DNA of 64,000 nt, taken from contig MU053365.1 of NCBI GenBank assembly GCA_013239625.1, forward strand, positions 1,708,115 through 1,772,114. The letters run 5' to 3'. The stretch comes from Lama guanicoe (lineage: Eukaryota). Below are positions 1 to 13,809 of the stretch, piece after piece; the stretch's first letter is position 1, and every line of letters begins with the position of its first letter. The translations under genes and the position numbers were made by a program. The notes below the pieces were generated by a model. That model searched no databases, had not been told where the DNA came from, and saw only the letters and a program-made list of their open reading frames with translations.

Positions 1-1387
1 TTCCACCCTACGTAGTGTGGGTATCCCCTCATCTACCCTGAATACAATCAGAAAGGATAAGATGTCCTCCTTTCTCATCCCCAAGGCAGGGATACCCTTT
101 GTTGATGATTTTCACAGGAGGGTTAGATGCCCACTTAAGTGGGGTTGCCTATGTCTTAATTCAATTGGAATGAAGTCTGTTCAAAAGAGAAAGAGACTCC
201 AAGCAGTGTCCTTTTCCAGAATCATTTACCTGAACTCCAAACCAGGAGTAATGCCAGCACCTCTTAGGAAGCAGGAGGCAGGGAAAGCAGAGGATGCAGG
301 GTTGCAGGATGGAGAAGTCAGGAATGCTATTCCTACTCAGCCCCTGGATGGAAAAGTGCCCTGCCCACCCCACCCCATTCCAACCCATACAATTCTATCC
401 TGCTCCTGCTGGGATCAGCCTCGGAGTGGCCACAAGCATTCCTTTGAGGACCTGGGCTTTACCCTGTCTCCTCCATCCCTGCCTGAGTGAATGCTCCCTT
501 CCCCTGCTGCAGGTCAACACAGGGAATTTCAGGCCTGAGAGGGAGCATGGACCCTCAGACTCACATACCACAGCCCTGCACCTCCCAACCCTTTCTAAGA
601 GGTACCCACCTCACCTCCAGGCCCAGTGAATAATCTGAGTATGTGCAGGAACTGGGAGACAGAAGGGGAACCATTCAGGAGGTGGTGAATCTTCTTGTGG
701 ATACTCCCAGAGAGAACTGTCCAAGGAATTAACCATCAGAGGCTAAGGAGTGGGAGGAGTCTACTCTGGAGCTGCCCCAGGGCATGCATTCCAAACTTCT
801 CAGTATCCAGAAGGAACTTCTTGTTCCCTTAGGTAGCACAGGTCTAGGGTTTCCTAAAACAAGGAGAGCCCCTCCCTTCCCTCTGATGCTGGATTTCCCA
901 GACATCCCTCAGAAATCCATTCATTAAGAGGGCTCTTTCATACCATTTCATTCCAATGCACCCACCTCCTTTCCTGGATTACAGAGCAATTAACTGGTTA
1001 ATGTGTTAAGAGAAGGGGAAGAAATGCTAAGGAGCTATTCCCAGGACTGACAGGAGGCTTGTTGGAGGAGCCTCCACAGCTCAACATGCCCCGAAGTGGC
1101 TGCCACAAGCAGTAGTTGCCACTGTCACATCAACCCCTGAGAGGGCATGTCCAGGCTTCTCCATTTGCCCCACATGCCATTTGTTTCCTTCTTCCTCTAC
1201 CTCCTTGTCCCTCCTTGTGGAGATGACTGCTCCCCTCTGAGCATGTCTCCCTTCAGGCTCTTTCTGTCCAACCTCTGGCTCCTCAGCCTTCCTTGGAGAT
1301 TGCATCACAAAACCAAGTGCTGATGGAACTTTGCGGATGGACATGGGAAGTTGAAAGACTTAAAAACGCAAAGTTGGAATGATGGGA

Positions 1388-1480
1388 TCATTTAACAAAT
1401 GCGGATCCAGCACTCATTTCTCTAGGACAGGGGCTGTGCTATGTGCTGGGCGTATACACATCAGCACTCTCAGAGGTCCT
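1388..1480 (-). mobile_element. L2 LINE 3' end relic
   Basis: catttaacaaat...gggctgtgctatgtgctggg...ataca resembles the reverse complement of the L2 3' terminus. Confidence 0.5.
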
Positions 1481-1639
1481 TCGCTCCTCTCAGGGATAGT
1501 CAGAAAATAAGCCAAGACTAGAAGGACAAGAATATTTATTGGGGTCATCAATATGATGGGAAAATATAACTACTTAAGATGAAATGAGTGACTGACTGGG
1601 AATAGGTGGATCCAGAAATACCTACTTTCTCTTTTCTTT

Positions 1640-2210
1640 TAAGAACAATGCAAAAGGAAGATACATGGATAATTATAAATTAAAGTTTCAAAACAACTAA
1701 AACAATAATGTCTTAAAAGATTTACATTATATATAGAAGTAAATTATAGGACAAAAATGGAAGAGAAAACAGGAAGGAATAAAGGAAGATAAACTCTTTC
1801 TAGGTACTTTCCACTTGTGGTAAAAGTATTAGCTTAAGTTAAACTGTAATAAGTCACTGTCACATATTTTAACCACTAGGGAAACCATAAAATAATAACA
1901 TAAGAGCATGAAAATTGAAAGCAGATAGAGAAAAAATGGAATAATGGAAAAAATATTTGGTTAGTCCAAAAGCAGGCAGGATAGGAGGAATCAATTGGCA
2001 ATATCAGATGGGACAAAAAACATAGCAACTTGATAAGCGTAAACCTAATTATCCTAGAATCTCATTAAAGGAAACTAGAATAAAAACTCTAATTGAAAAA
2101 AAAATTTAGACTAATTAAAATAGAAAATCAATGATTTACTGAACAGAAGGCACTTACTTTAAATACAATGACACATGTAGATTGAAAGAAATATGAGAGA
2201 AAAATTTATC
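1640..2210 (+). mobile_element. Old L1 (L1M-type) fragment, inter-ORF region and start of ORF2
   Basis: A-rich plus strand; cacttactttaaatacaatgacacatgtagattgaaag resembles the decayed ORF2 endonuclease region. Confidence 0.6.
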
Positions 2211-2219
2211 TTCAATGTT

Positions 2220-3520
2220 TTACTTTTACTGAGGTATTATTTACAATTATTTAATATGAAGTTTCATAAGTTTTGAAAGATGCATGAATGCAATTAAATC
2301 ACCCCCCCAAGTGAAGATATAAAAAACATTTTCATCATCCCAGAAAGTTGCTTTGTCTGTATCCCTCAAAAAGGAAAATAGTGCTTTGATTCCTGCAATA
2401 ATGGATTACGTCTGCCATTTGTTGATCTTACTAAAACATCTAACCCTCCATTACGTATTCAGAGATACTTACAATCAATCCTTATTACTCACAGATTCAT
2501 ATTTGGGAATTCTCCTACTTACTGAAATGTGTTTGTAGCCCCCAAATCAATACTTGCTTTGCTTTTGTGGATATTCACAGACATGCACAAAGTGGTGAAA
2601 AATTTGAGTCCACTTTCCTAGTTGAGGGCAAAGAAGGGGATACTCTGCCTTCTTGTTTCAATATTTTCACATTTTAATGCTTTTTGTTGGTTATTTCACT
2701 GTTTATAATGGCCCCCAGGGGTAGTTCTGAAATGTTGTCTTGTGTTCTTGAGTGAAATAAGTCTATGATGTACCTTAAGGAGAAAATGTATGTGTTAAAT
2801 AAGCTCCAGTCAGGCATTAGTTATAGTGCTGTTGGCTGTGAGTTCAGTGTTAATTAATCAACACTATATATTAATAAGATGTCTTTATACAGAAACACAC
2901 ATAAAGCAATGTTATGTATTGATCTGTTGACAGAAATGTCTTGACCAGAGGCTCACAGGAAACTAACCTTGCACTTCCCCTAGGAGCAATAGCTCAATAT
3001 TTGCTAATTCAGTGTTCACAGTGACTTTATAGAACATAATTACTACACATAAAAATTGACTATATGATAAATATTTTCTCTTAGTCTATGGCTAGGCTGT
3101 TTATTTCTTTAACCATATCTTTTGATAAGAAGACTTTTAAAATTTTGATGAATCCCAATTCATCACTTTTTCTTATAGCTAGTCCTTGTTTCTGTATTTT
3201 ATAAGGGAAATTTTGCTTTCTTCAGGTTACAACATTATTTTTCTGTTTTCTTCAAAAGCTGTATGGAGTCTAGATTTTGTGTTTCTGTGCATGATTCATA
3301 TAAAAAGAATTGGAGCAATTCTGTGAATTAAGGGATAGGGTTCATTTTACCATTTGGATATCCAATTGTTCCAGTACCATCTGTTGAAAAGGCTTTCCAT
3401 TCCACATTTAATTTCACTGGCATTTAACAATAAAAAAACTACCTTAGTTTGGGTCTATATATGGTGTCCCTATTCTGTTCCATTGATCCACTTGTTTGTA
3501 CTCATGCTAATAATACTGAA
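2220..3520 (-). mobile_element. Old L1 3' region (L1MC/L1ME-like), interrupted by MER82
   Basis: L1 3'-end motifs on the minus strand (acattttcatcatcccagaaag; ttgttccagtaccatctgttgaaaag; ctattctgttccattgatc). Confidence 0.65.
2472..3062. mobile_element. MER82 (TcMar-Tigger non-autonomous DNA transposon), near full length
   Basis: Follows the recalled MER82 consensus end to end (cccccaaatcaatact...gtggtgaaaaatttgagtc...ccagaggctcacagga); decayed termini flanked by TA at 2470-2471 and 3063-3064. Confidence 0.85.
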
Positions 3521-3623
3521 ATGTCTTTGAGAAAAATCAACCTTCATTCTTTAAAACCTATGGGAAACTAGAAGTGGATGTATGTTTCCTATTTCCTTAA
3601 AATTGTAAATATATATATTTATG

Positions 3624-3858
3624 CAGTTGACCCTTGAACAACACAGGGGTTAGGGGTGCCGACCTTCTGCACAGTCAAAAATCTGGGTATAATTTAAAGT
3701 CAGCTCTCTGTATCCATGGTTCCTCCACATCTGTGGTTCAGCATCTGTGGTTTCAACTAACTTCACATTGTATAGTACTACAGTACTTATCATTGAGAAA
3801 ATATACACAAATAAGTGGACCTGTGCAATTCAAACCTGTCTTATTCAAGTGCCAACTG
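3624..3858. mobile_element. Tigger2-family MITE (Tigger2a/MER8-like)
   Basis: TIRs cagttgacccttgaacaacac ... gtcttattcaagtgccaactg, followed by TA. Confidence 0.85.
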
Positions 3859-3860
3859 TA

Positions 3861-3881
3861 CACACACACACACACACACAC
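3861..3881. repeat. (CA)n microsatellite
   Basis: Seen directly. Confidence 0.95.
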
Positions 3882-4121
3882 GCATATTTAATAAGAACAT
3901 TTAGAGACGGACATTCCCATAAGGCAATGATGCCCACCATGTCCACTGTAATTTAACATTGTTTTCGAAGTGTTAGCCAATGCAATTAGACAAGAGAAAA
4001 TTACAAGCATAAGACTTGAAAAAAGGAGGAAATATAACTATATTTATTATAAGATGACAAATAGTAAACCTGGACAATTCTAAAATAATTGATAACACAA
4101 TAACTCAATTATAAAATAGTT

Positions 4122-7100
4122 CTTTAAACATTTTTTATTGAGTTATAGTCATTTTACAATGTTGTGTCAAATTCCACTGTAGAGCACAATTTTTCATTGT
4201 CTCATTTTTTCGCTGTGAGTTACCACAAGATCTTGTATATATTTCCCTGTGCTATACAGTATAATCTTGTTTATCTATTCTGCATATGCTTGTCAGTATC
4301 TACAAATTTTGAAATCCCAGTCTGTCCCTTCCCACCCCACTCCCCCTTGGCAACCACAAGTTTGTATTCTATGTCTATGAGTCTGTTTCTCTTTTGTATT
4401 TATGTTCTTTTTTTTTTTTAGATTCCACATATGAGCAATCTCATATGGTATTTTTCTTTCTCTTTCTGGCTTACTTCATTTAAAATGACATTCTCCAGGG
4501 ACATCCATGTTGCTGCAAATGGCATTATGTTGTTGTTTATTATGGCTGAATAGTATTCCATTGTATAAATATACCACCACTTTATCCAGTCATCTGTTGA
4601 TGGACATTTAGGCTGTTTCCATGTCTTGGCTGTTGTAAATAGTGCTGCTATGAACATTGGGGTTCAGGTGTCTTTTAGAAGTAGGGTTTGTTCAGGATAT
4701 ATGCCTAGGAGTGGGATGACTGAGTCATATGGTAAGTCTATTCCTAGTCTTTTGAGGAACCTCCATACTGTTTTCCACAGTGGCTGCACCAAACTGCATT
4801 CCCACCAGCAGTATAGGAGGGTTCCCTTTTCTCCACAGCCTCTCCAGCATTTGTCATTTGTGGACTTTTGAATGATGGCCANNNNNNNNNNNNTGTCTTT
4901 TTGTTTTACTTATGGTTTCCTTTGCTGTGCAGAAGCTTGTAAGTTTCATTAGGTCCCATTTGTTTATTCTTGCTTTTATTTCTATTGCATGAGTAGACTG
5001 CCCTAGGAGAACATTTTTGAGATGTATGTCAGATAATGCTTTGCCTACGTTTTCTTCTAGGAGGTTTGTTGTATCTTGTCTTATGTTTAAGTCTTTGATC
5101 CATTGTGAGTTTATTTTTGTGTATGGTGTAAGGGTGTGTTCTAGCTTCATTGTTTTACATGCTGCTGTCCAGTTTTCCCAACACCATTTGCTGAAGGGAC
5201 TGTCTTTATTCCATGGTATATTCTTGCCTCCTTTGTCGAAGATTAGTTAACCAAAAGTTTGTGGGTTCATTTATGGGCTCTCTGTTCTATTCCATTGGTC
5301 CATATGTGTGTTTTTGTACCAATACCATGCTGTCTTGATGACTGTAGCTCTATAGAATTGTGTGAAGTCTGGGAGAGTTATTCCTCCAGCCTCTTTCTTT
5401 CTCTTCAGTAATGCTTTGGCAATTCTAGGTCTTTGATGGTTCCATATAAATTTTATGATTTGTTCTAGTTCTGTGAAATATGTCCTGGGTAATTGGATAG
5501 GGATTGCATAAAATCTGTAGATTGCCTTGGGCAGTATGACCATTTTAACAATATTGATTCTTCCAATCCAAGAGCATGGGCTATCTTTCCATTTTTTAAA
5601 GTCTATTTTAATTTCCTTCATCAGTGGTTTATAGTTTTCTGTGTATAATTCTTTCACCTCCTTGGTTAGATTTATTCCTAGGTATTTTATTACTTTGGGT
5701 GCTATTTTAAAGGAGATTGTTTCTTTACTTTCTTTTTCTGTTGATTCATCGTTAGTGTAAAGAAATGCAACTGATTTTTGAACATTAATCTTGTAACCTG
5801 CTACCTCGCTGAATTCTTCGATTAGTTCTAGAAGTTTTTGTGTGGACCTTTTAGGGTTTTCTATATATAGTAACATGTCATCTGTATATAGTGATACTTT
5901 TACCTCTTCTTTTCCAATTTGAATCCCTTTTATTTCTCTCTCTTGCCTGATTGCTGTGGCTAGGACTTCCAAGACTATGTTGAATAAGAGTGGTGATAGT
6001 GGGCATCCTTGTCTTGTCCCAGATTTTAGTGGGAAGCTTTTGAGTTTTTCACCATTGAGTACTATGCTGGCTGTAGGTTTGTCATATATAGGTTTTATTA
6101 TGTTGAGATAAGAGATATGTTGAGATATGAGATATTTTCCCTCTATACCCACTTTGGTGAGAGGTTTTTTTTTATCATAAATAGGTATTGATTTTTATCA
6201 AATGCTTTTTCTGCATCTATTGAGATAATCATGTGGTTTTTGTCCTTTCTCTTGTTGATGTGATGTATTACACTGATTGATTTACATATGTTGAACCACC
6301 TTTGTGTCCCCGGGATGAACCCCACTTGGTCATGATGTATAATGTTTTTTATGTGCTGTTGGATTCTATTTGCTAATATTTTGGTAAGGATTTTTGCATC
6401 TATGTTCATCAGTGATATTGCCCTGTAATTCTCTTTTTTAATAGTGTCTTTGCCTGGTTTTGGTATCAGGGTGATGGTGGCTTCATAGAATGAGTTTGGG
6501 AGTATTCCCTCCTTTTCAATCTTCTGGAAGAGTTTGAGAAAGACTGGTATTTCTTCTCTGTATGTTTGGTAGAATTTCCTGGTGAAGCCGTCCAGTCCTA
6601 GACTTACTTTTGTAGGGAGGTTTTTTTATTGCTAATTTGATTTCATTTCTAGTGATTGGTTTGTTCAAGTGGTCAATTTCTTCTTGATTCAGTCTTGATG
6701 GACTGTATGTTTCCAGAAACTTGTCCATCTCCTCTAGGTTATCCATTTTGGTTCCATATAGTTTTTCATAATATTCTCATATGGTATTCTGTATTTCTAT
6801 GTTATTTGTTGTAATTTCTCCATTTTTGTTTCTTATTTTGCTAATTTGTGCTCTCTCTTTTTTCTTCTTTGTGAGTTTGGCCAGAGTTTTTTCAGTTTAT
6901 TTACTTTTTCAAAAAACCAGCTTTTGGTTTGATGGTTTTTTCCTACTTTTTTAAATCTCTATTTTATTTATTTCCTCCATGATCTTTATAATTTCCTTCC
7001 TTCTGCTAACTTTTGGGGTTTTTTGCTCTTCTTTTTCTAATTCTTATGGATGATGGGTTAGATTGTTTTTTTGAGATTGTTCTTTTTAGAGGAAGGCCTG

Positions 7101-8189
7101 TATTGCCATAAACTTCCCTCTTAGCACTGCCTTTGCTGTGTCCCATAAATTTTGTGTGGTTGTGCTTTCATTTTCATTTGTCTCAAGGTATTTTTTAATT
7201 TCAACTTTGATTTCATCATTGACCCATTGGTTTTTTTCCATGCTTTCCTTTTTTTCTCCTTTGTTTCTCTGTAGTTGATTTCTAGTTTCATGGCATTGTG
7301 GTCAGTAAAGATGCTTGAGATAATTTCTATCTTCTTAAAATTGTTGAGGCTTCTTTTGTGCCCAAGTACATGATCAATCCTAGAAAATGTTCCATGTGCA
7401 CTTGAAAAGAATGTATATCCTATTTTGGGGGGTGTAATGCTCTGAAAACATCTACCAAATCTAATTTTTCTATTGTATTATTTAATTTCTCTGTTGCCTT
7501 ATTTATTTTCTGTCTGGAAGCTCTGTCTAGTGATGTTAATGCAGTGTTAAAATCTCCAACAATGATTACATTCCCATCAATATCCCCCTTTATCTCTGTT
7601 AGTAATTGTTTTATGTACTTAGGTGCTCCCATATTGGGTGCATATATATTAATGAGTATAATATCCTCATCTTGTATTACTCCTTTAATCATTATAAAAT
7701 GTCTTCTTTATCTTTCTTTATAGCCTTTGTTTTAAAGCCTATTTTGTCTGAAATCAGTACTGCTACACCTGCTTTTTTGGCTTTTCCATTTGCATGGAAT
7801 ATCCTTTTCCATCCTTTCACTCTCAATGTATATGTGTCCTTCTCCCTAAAGTGGATCTCTTGTATGCAGCATATTGAAGGTTCTTGCTTTATTATCCAGT
7901 CTGTCACTCTGTGTCTTTTGATTGGAGCGTTTAGTCTATTAACATTTATAATAATTAATGATAGATGTGTTTTTATTGCCATTTTGATCTTATTTTTGCA
8001 GTTGATTTAATATTTCCTCTTTGTTCCTTTCTTCTTTCTTTTGTGGTTTGGTAATTTTCCTTTTTATTATCATGGATTTTATTTAGTTTTTGTGACTCAT
8101 TTGTAAGTTTTTGGCTTGTGGTTACCCTTTTTTGTAAGTCTATTAACCCATTACTACAACTGTTTGTATTAAACAGGTAGTAATATAAT
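4122..8189 (-). mobile_element. Relatively young 5'-truncated LINE-1: whole ORF2 (frameshifted) plus 3'UTR
   Basis: ORF track gives endonuclease (7982-7420), RT (6409-5271, [14 protein letters not shown]) and C-terminal pieces; TSD TAAAATAGTT at 4112-4121 and 8190-8199; AATAAA at the 3' end. Confidence 0.97.
4882..4893. other. Assembly gap (12 N)
   Basis: Seen directly. Confidence 0.99.
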
Positions 8190-8547
8190 TAAAATAGTTT
8201 TGTATGGCAGGAGTGTACAAAATTAACATGCAAAAATCAATAACAATTATGTTCACAAATTATAACCAATTAGAAGATATAATGAGAGAGAAAATTCCAT
8301 TTTTGATAACAGGAATAAAAAATATCTAAGAATAAATATAATAAGAAACATTGAAACCATACATAATGAAAGCTATAATACATTCTTGAAAGAAATAAAA
8401 AATAAGGTTGAACAAATGTAAAAACATCATTTATTCTTGGTTAGGATATCTCAGTATCATCACAATGTCAGTTCTACCTATATTACTCTAAAAATATAGT
8501 GCAGTCCTAATGAAAATACTAACAAATTTCTTTAGGGAGCTAGGTAA

Positions 8548-8583
8548 GTTGAAGTTGATGTTGATGTTGATGTTGATGTTGAT
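8548..8583. repeat. (GTTGAT)n hexanucleotide repeat inside old L1
   Basis: gttgaa followed by 5 copies of gttgat. Confidence 0.9.
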
Positions 8584-9159
8584 ATGAAAAGATAAATTTG
8601 CATACATAGTTAAAGAACAATGAATAAAGGGATATGATGGGGTATAGCAGTACCAGATACTGAAACAGAATATGAAACCTATATAGTTAAAACAGTGTAA
8701 TACCAGCATATGCGTGGACAAACAGATCAAAAGAATAGAATGGCAAGTCCAGAAATGGACCCAACTGCCTACAGAAATTTAGTATATAATAAATATACTA
8801 CCTTAAATCACTTCATCAAAAAATGGATTTTAAATAAATGATGTTGAGAAAATAGATAGTCATTTGGAAAAAGAATACAATTTAATTCATTCCTCCCATT
8901 GGATACAAGAATAAATTCCAAATGAATAGGTATATATAAATAAGAAAAAAAGCAATATGCAATGTGTGGAATAAAACATGACATACAAGAGGGAATGTAT
9001 CAATAATTATAGTAAATGTAAAAACAAGTAAGATATGTAACAGGCAGAGATTTTCAGACTAGCTAAGACAAACTACATGACAAGAAACACATTTTAGATA
9101 AAAACACAGTTTGAATGTAAAGTGTAGAGATTTTGATTATATTCATTTTTCATAATGGA

Positions 9160-9420
9160 TTCTTACTCATTTTAGACACCCAGTTCAAAGATCCTTTCTT
9201 CCCATAGAGTCTTCCTTAAATTGACTTACTGACCTAATTATTATCCTCTGTGCCTCTAGCCTTTTATATATTCCTTTTCTCTATTTTTTTGGCTCTCATA
9301 CCAGATAATGAGCTCATCAAAAACAGGATGTTTGTTTGATTTTTATTCTCATCTTTACCATCTCGCCCTCTCTCACTGGCTTGACACATAGTAGGTACTT
9401 AGTAGATATTTGTTGAACTA
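9160..9420 (+). mobile_element. L2 3' end relic
   Basis: ggcttgacacatagtaggtacttagtagatatttgttgaa matches the L2 3' terminus motif. Confidence 0.7.
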
Positions 9421-12400
9421 TCTGTATATGCTGTCAGGATCAGGAAGAGAAGCCTACTTCTTATCTCTTCTTCCCCCTATGTAGTATCTTTCTTCACTTT
9501 CTGCATGTGGGAGAAACATTTCACTGGCTGGCTGGAAGGAGATAATTGTGTTTGCTCTATTTCAATTACATTTCGTTGTTACAAAATAGATGTAACATAA
9601 ATGGAGTTGTCTCTCTTCTGCAAATGGGTGACATGACAGTGTTTACATCCCATTAAGCTTTATAAAATCTTGTCACATCATATAATGTGACAAGCAAGAA
9701 CAGTTCACAGCTTAACCATTGGAATTGTTTGAATTGTCTTTTTTTGTGGGATTACAGCATTTTTATTACAAGATCACGCTAGACAAGTGACCCTTTACTT
9801 CAGTATCACTGAAATGTGTTCCCTACTGTGCAAATGTGTGGCTGAAAGATTGGCATCTTTCTGTTTGTGTGTAATTGTGAAATAAATGTGCCTACCTTTC
9901 AAAATACAGTTTTCTGCAAAATGTAAAATGATTCTTTCCAAGAGAAATTTGCATCAGTTTTCTGTAATGATTCAGAATTTCTAGTTCTAGGCTCAGTATG
10001 GTTTACATAACAATACGTTGGCTACTCTACAAGCTACTAATGTAGGGAAATGGACCATGTTCTCAAGAACATATCCTGCCTTAACTGGAGATTCAAAGAA
10101 TCACTAAGTTTTTACTCATTAAGGAGTTAAAAAAGTAATTCAATACTTGTAGAAGTTATCCTGAGCATGAATGAACACTAATAGATAATTGTACCATATT
10201 ACTTGGCCTAGAGGATAATAATCTGTTCATTAAAATATGACTACCCCAACATAACACTTTAACAGTCCACATAATATACTAGGTAGTTAATCTCTTAGAA
10301 CAGAAAGACATATTGATATGAATAATGTAGAATTTCTTCAGTCATGACTGATATATTCTAAAGGTCCTACATGCTACAATCCCACCTTACCACCTGTTTT
10401 TCATACCTACTTAAATTTGACCCTCTCTCATCATTTCTAAAATGTCACTAGTTGACCACAAAATCATAAATTATCTTTAATAAAAAACTGTACCTCAAAA
10501 AAGATACCAATGTTCTGAAAATCATTCTCAACTACAATTCCCATTGTCTATGTATTTGAATGTGTTGTTGCACCCAGAAACCTTACTAAAGGAATAATAT
10601 CTTTACTTAAAAGATCACCTGGTGGTGATGCAGGTACTTTTGAACGTTCTACTCCAATGCTATCTTACCTCTGAAGAAATTATGTCTGTATCTGCAATGT
10701 GAGCATAGGGGTCAGTATGAAAACAGATACAGCTGAAATTAAGACTTAGATGGTTAATTAAACTGTATCTTTTAAAAGACAAAACATAGCTACAAATAGT
10801 AGATTCCTCAGATGATGCGATATTGGCAGTGTCATGAATAACAGAAATTTTTGACCAAAATTACCTACATTCTCTGAAGCTTTCTGAAACACAGCAGAAG
10901 CTGTAGTAGTTTCATAGCTCCCCCCTCTACTTTATCAGGCACAAGATAGTGATTCTATCCCTATTTCGTGTCCTAAGAATGCCCTGTCAAATTTGGTAAA
11001 TGCAAATACCATGACCTTCCAATGATCATAGAAAAATTTTATTTTTAACAAGCTCCCTGTGGTACTGGAACACACCTTGACAAAAATCATGACTCTGGCC
11101 AAGATGGCAATCCAATCAAAATCACAGCTGAGCCTAAACTACAGTCAAAATCTGGGAGCTATTTGGATTTCTTCCTTCATATACCTCAGAACTTACCTTG
11201 TAATTAGCTATGGAAGAGGCACACAGAGGGCCCACTGAGAGGGCTGTTGAAATAATAATTAATTGTCTGGCAGAGGCTCACCCTTTTCTAAGTCAATCAG
11301 TTACAAAATGTTTTCTGTGGTCCACAGAGAAGGGTCCAGTGGCCATATACTTTTGGGAACTAGACCTAAATCTATTTTTGTCCCCGCAAAGTGAAATCAA
11401 TTGTTCCTCCCCTGGACAGAATTCATTTGTATGTCTATGGACAAGATCTATTTTCACGGCTATCAGTTATCTGCAAAGTACAGAATTATAAAAAGCTTAA
11501 AGGCAAAACCCATAGAATCAGAAAATCCAGATTTAGGCAACATCTAGATTTCCATTGAGATATAGTTTTTTTGGGTCCATTTCAAAGTTTTTCACAATCT
11601 TTCTTAACAGTGCCAACCACTTGATCTTAATAATCTCAAAAAAGATTATTCTTAGTCACAAAATAAAACTGGTTTCAGTAGATTTGTCCTGCGTATTAAC
11701 ATAGGTGCAGCAATAGTGTTAATTTACCATATACTCTTCTTTGTGTTTGCTTTGCAAATCTAGAGCCATACCATATTGAAAAAGATTGCTAAGGCCACAG
11801 AATTAATTTCTGTGATTTGATATTTATGTAATTAATCTCAGATTGGACTTTTAAAAAGGCTCTTAGGTTTCTAAATCTCTATATTTTGCTATTCCAAGTC
11901 TAGGAAGCAAGTCCCAAGAAACCCTCTGCACCAGATTATCCCTATACTTCCTACGGATTTGAGTGCCTTTCTGTTTTTTTCAAGGTCCTCAACATGTCTT
12001 AAGATTCCTGGCCTAACAGAAAGACTCTTTTTTTAAAACCTTTAAGTCTTGCACCCTGAAAGTCAGGTAGCAGGCCAGTTTTCCTAGGAGGATTTTATAA
12101 GCATTGTCTTCAAAGGTAAAGCCAACCTATGTTCATTAAAAGTGGCTTGTCCTTTCTGAATTAAAGGTCATTGTTCTCCTATATGACACTTCACGTAATG
12201 CCTTGGTTATATGATCAATTTGTTAATAATATCCTGGTAAAAAAGGGAAGGCAGATTCCTACTGAATCAGTATAAGTACCAATATCACAATGAAAAATGA
12301 GGAGACTTGGTAAACTTTTGAATTTTGGAAGTGAGTGAAAATCAGATAACATTTTTAAATGTTTCATTTCACATTGCAAAAGCAAAATTAGTGTAATTAC

Positions 12401-13193
12401 TGTGGATTAGAGACAGCTTAAGAAAGAGGAAGGGCTACATTATATATTTAGAATGTGAAGTATTAAGACTATTTCAACAATATTTCAAGCAAATAACTGC
12501 AATAAAACTCTCCTCATAAGTTTCTTCAGATTTACATAATTCTCATTCTTCTGGATTTTGGGTTACCATGAAGCCATCTGCTTGTCTACTAAAAAGGGTC
12601 CTGGATGTCCTAACTCAGTCTCCTGGTACCACATGAAAGTTTGTCTAACTGATGTCAGTTTGAAAGTTGAGGAGACTGTCAGTAGTTTGAAGTATCTGGT
12701 ACACTCCTTTTTCATCAGACTTTGAGACTGTCCTTTGTTGAAGAGACAAACTCATACCTCTAGCTTATAGCAGAGCCTTCATACAAGCATCAAAATAAAG
12801 CAAAAATTATCTATAGAAATCAGACATTTCAAATTGCTACAGTTAATGTATTACTGAGAATTTTTGTATTTACTATTTTACGTATACAAATTTAACATAG
12901 GGAAGGTTGAATTTATCCTCTGATTTGACAGCTCTTCTCATGTAACACTTGCAAGAGTGACATATCAAGCAAACTAATTATTTCTCAGCATCTCCTATTA
13001 TAAGGCAAAAGAAGAAATCTTTCCCTCTGCGAAATTTCAAATGTAGTTTTATGTGTAAAGATATCCTGAAAGCTTATAGTATTTGTTTTTCTATCTAGGA
13101 TCAAAGTAATGGAAAGAAAAAACAATTAAGTTGTTATGAGATTTGTTGGACACTAGACTAGGACAGGGCCATGATTGCCTCAGAAATAACCTG

Positions 13194-13570
13194 TGTTAAG
13201 TAACAGAAATTCAACTGAGTAAATCTGAAGACCTAACTGTCCTTATTAAATAGTTCATGAATCAAGCAGCATCCCGTCATGCAATAGAAAGTTGCTCCAT
13301 AGAGCTGTAGAAAAGAAAAGGCTTTAGAGTTGCAGAAGAGGGCAGAAAAAGTAAATTATTAAGAAAAAATGCATTGTTTCAGGCAAAATCACCCTCCTAA
13401 GGGGCCTATAGGGCAGACTATCTCCGTGCTGAGCAGATAATTCCAGGTTGACTGGTCATAGGTTACATTCCTGGGGGGAGGTTATAAGTACAATTAGGTT
13501 AGGTATTAAGTCTTGGTTTGCTGGCATGGGGCCTTAACAAAAGCAATTCCATTTTGGGCCTATTATAATA
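13194..13570 (-). mobile_element. Solo ERV1 LTR (MER93-like) nested in the ERV internal region
   Basis: Starts TG, ends in decayed CA (ta); 4-bp TSD CCTG at 13190-13193 and 13571-13574. Confidence 0.75.
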
Positions 13571-13809
13571 CCTGGTTGCCTATTTAACCAAAGTGACAAA
13601 ACATTTAAAAATAAATATAGAACCAGTAGGCTAGGACACTAATTAATAAACCACAGAAGCAAACCCATCAAAATTGAGTGAACTTTGCTAAAATTTTAAT
13701 AGCTTCTTTTCAATGAAGGTTAATACAAACCATGGTAAATATTCTTTCCAAGATTAGAAATTCATTATGTTCTTTCATAACCTGGAACAAAGTGATACTT
13801 TGCTTTTAG

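Larger units (their letters stand above)
3900..8990 (+). mobile_element. Old plus-strand L1 ORF2 fragment, split by the younger L1 at 4122-8189
   Basis: RT-region sequence at 3920-4110 (tttaacattgttttcgaagtgttagccaatgcaattagacaagag) resumes colinearly at 8200 (aattaacatgcaaaaatcaa). Confidence 0.7.

Noticed and set aside
17..629. Plus-strand ORFs of 157 and 111 aa
   Set aside because: Overlapping frames, no recognisable domain, expected by chance at this GC content
5271..6152. 293-aa reverse transcriptase ORF as an active or novel RT system
   Set aside because: Ordinary L1 ORF2 piece in a 5'-truncated, multiply frameshifted copy; catalytic motif reads YTDD
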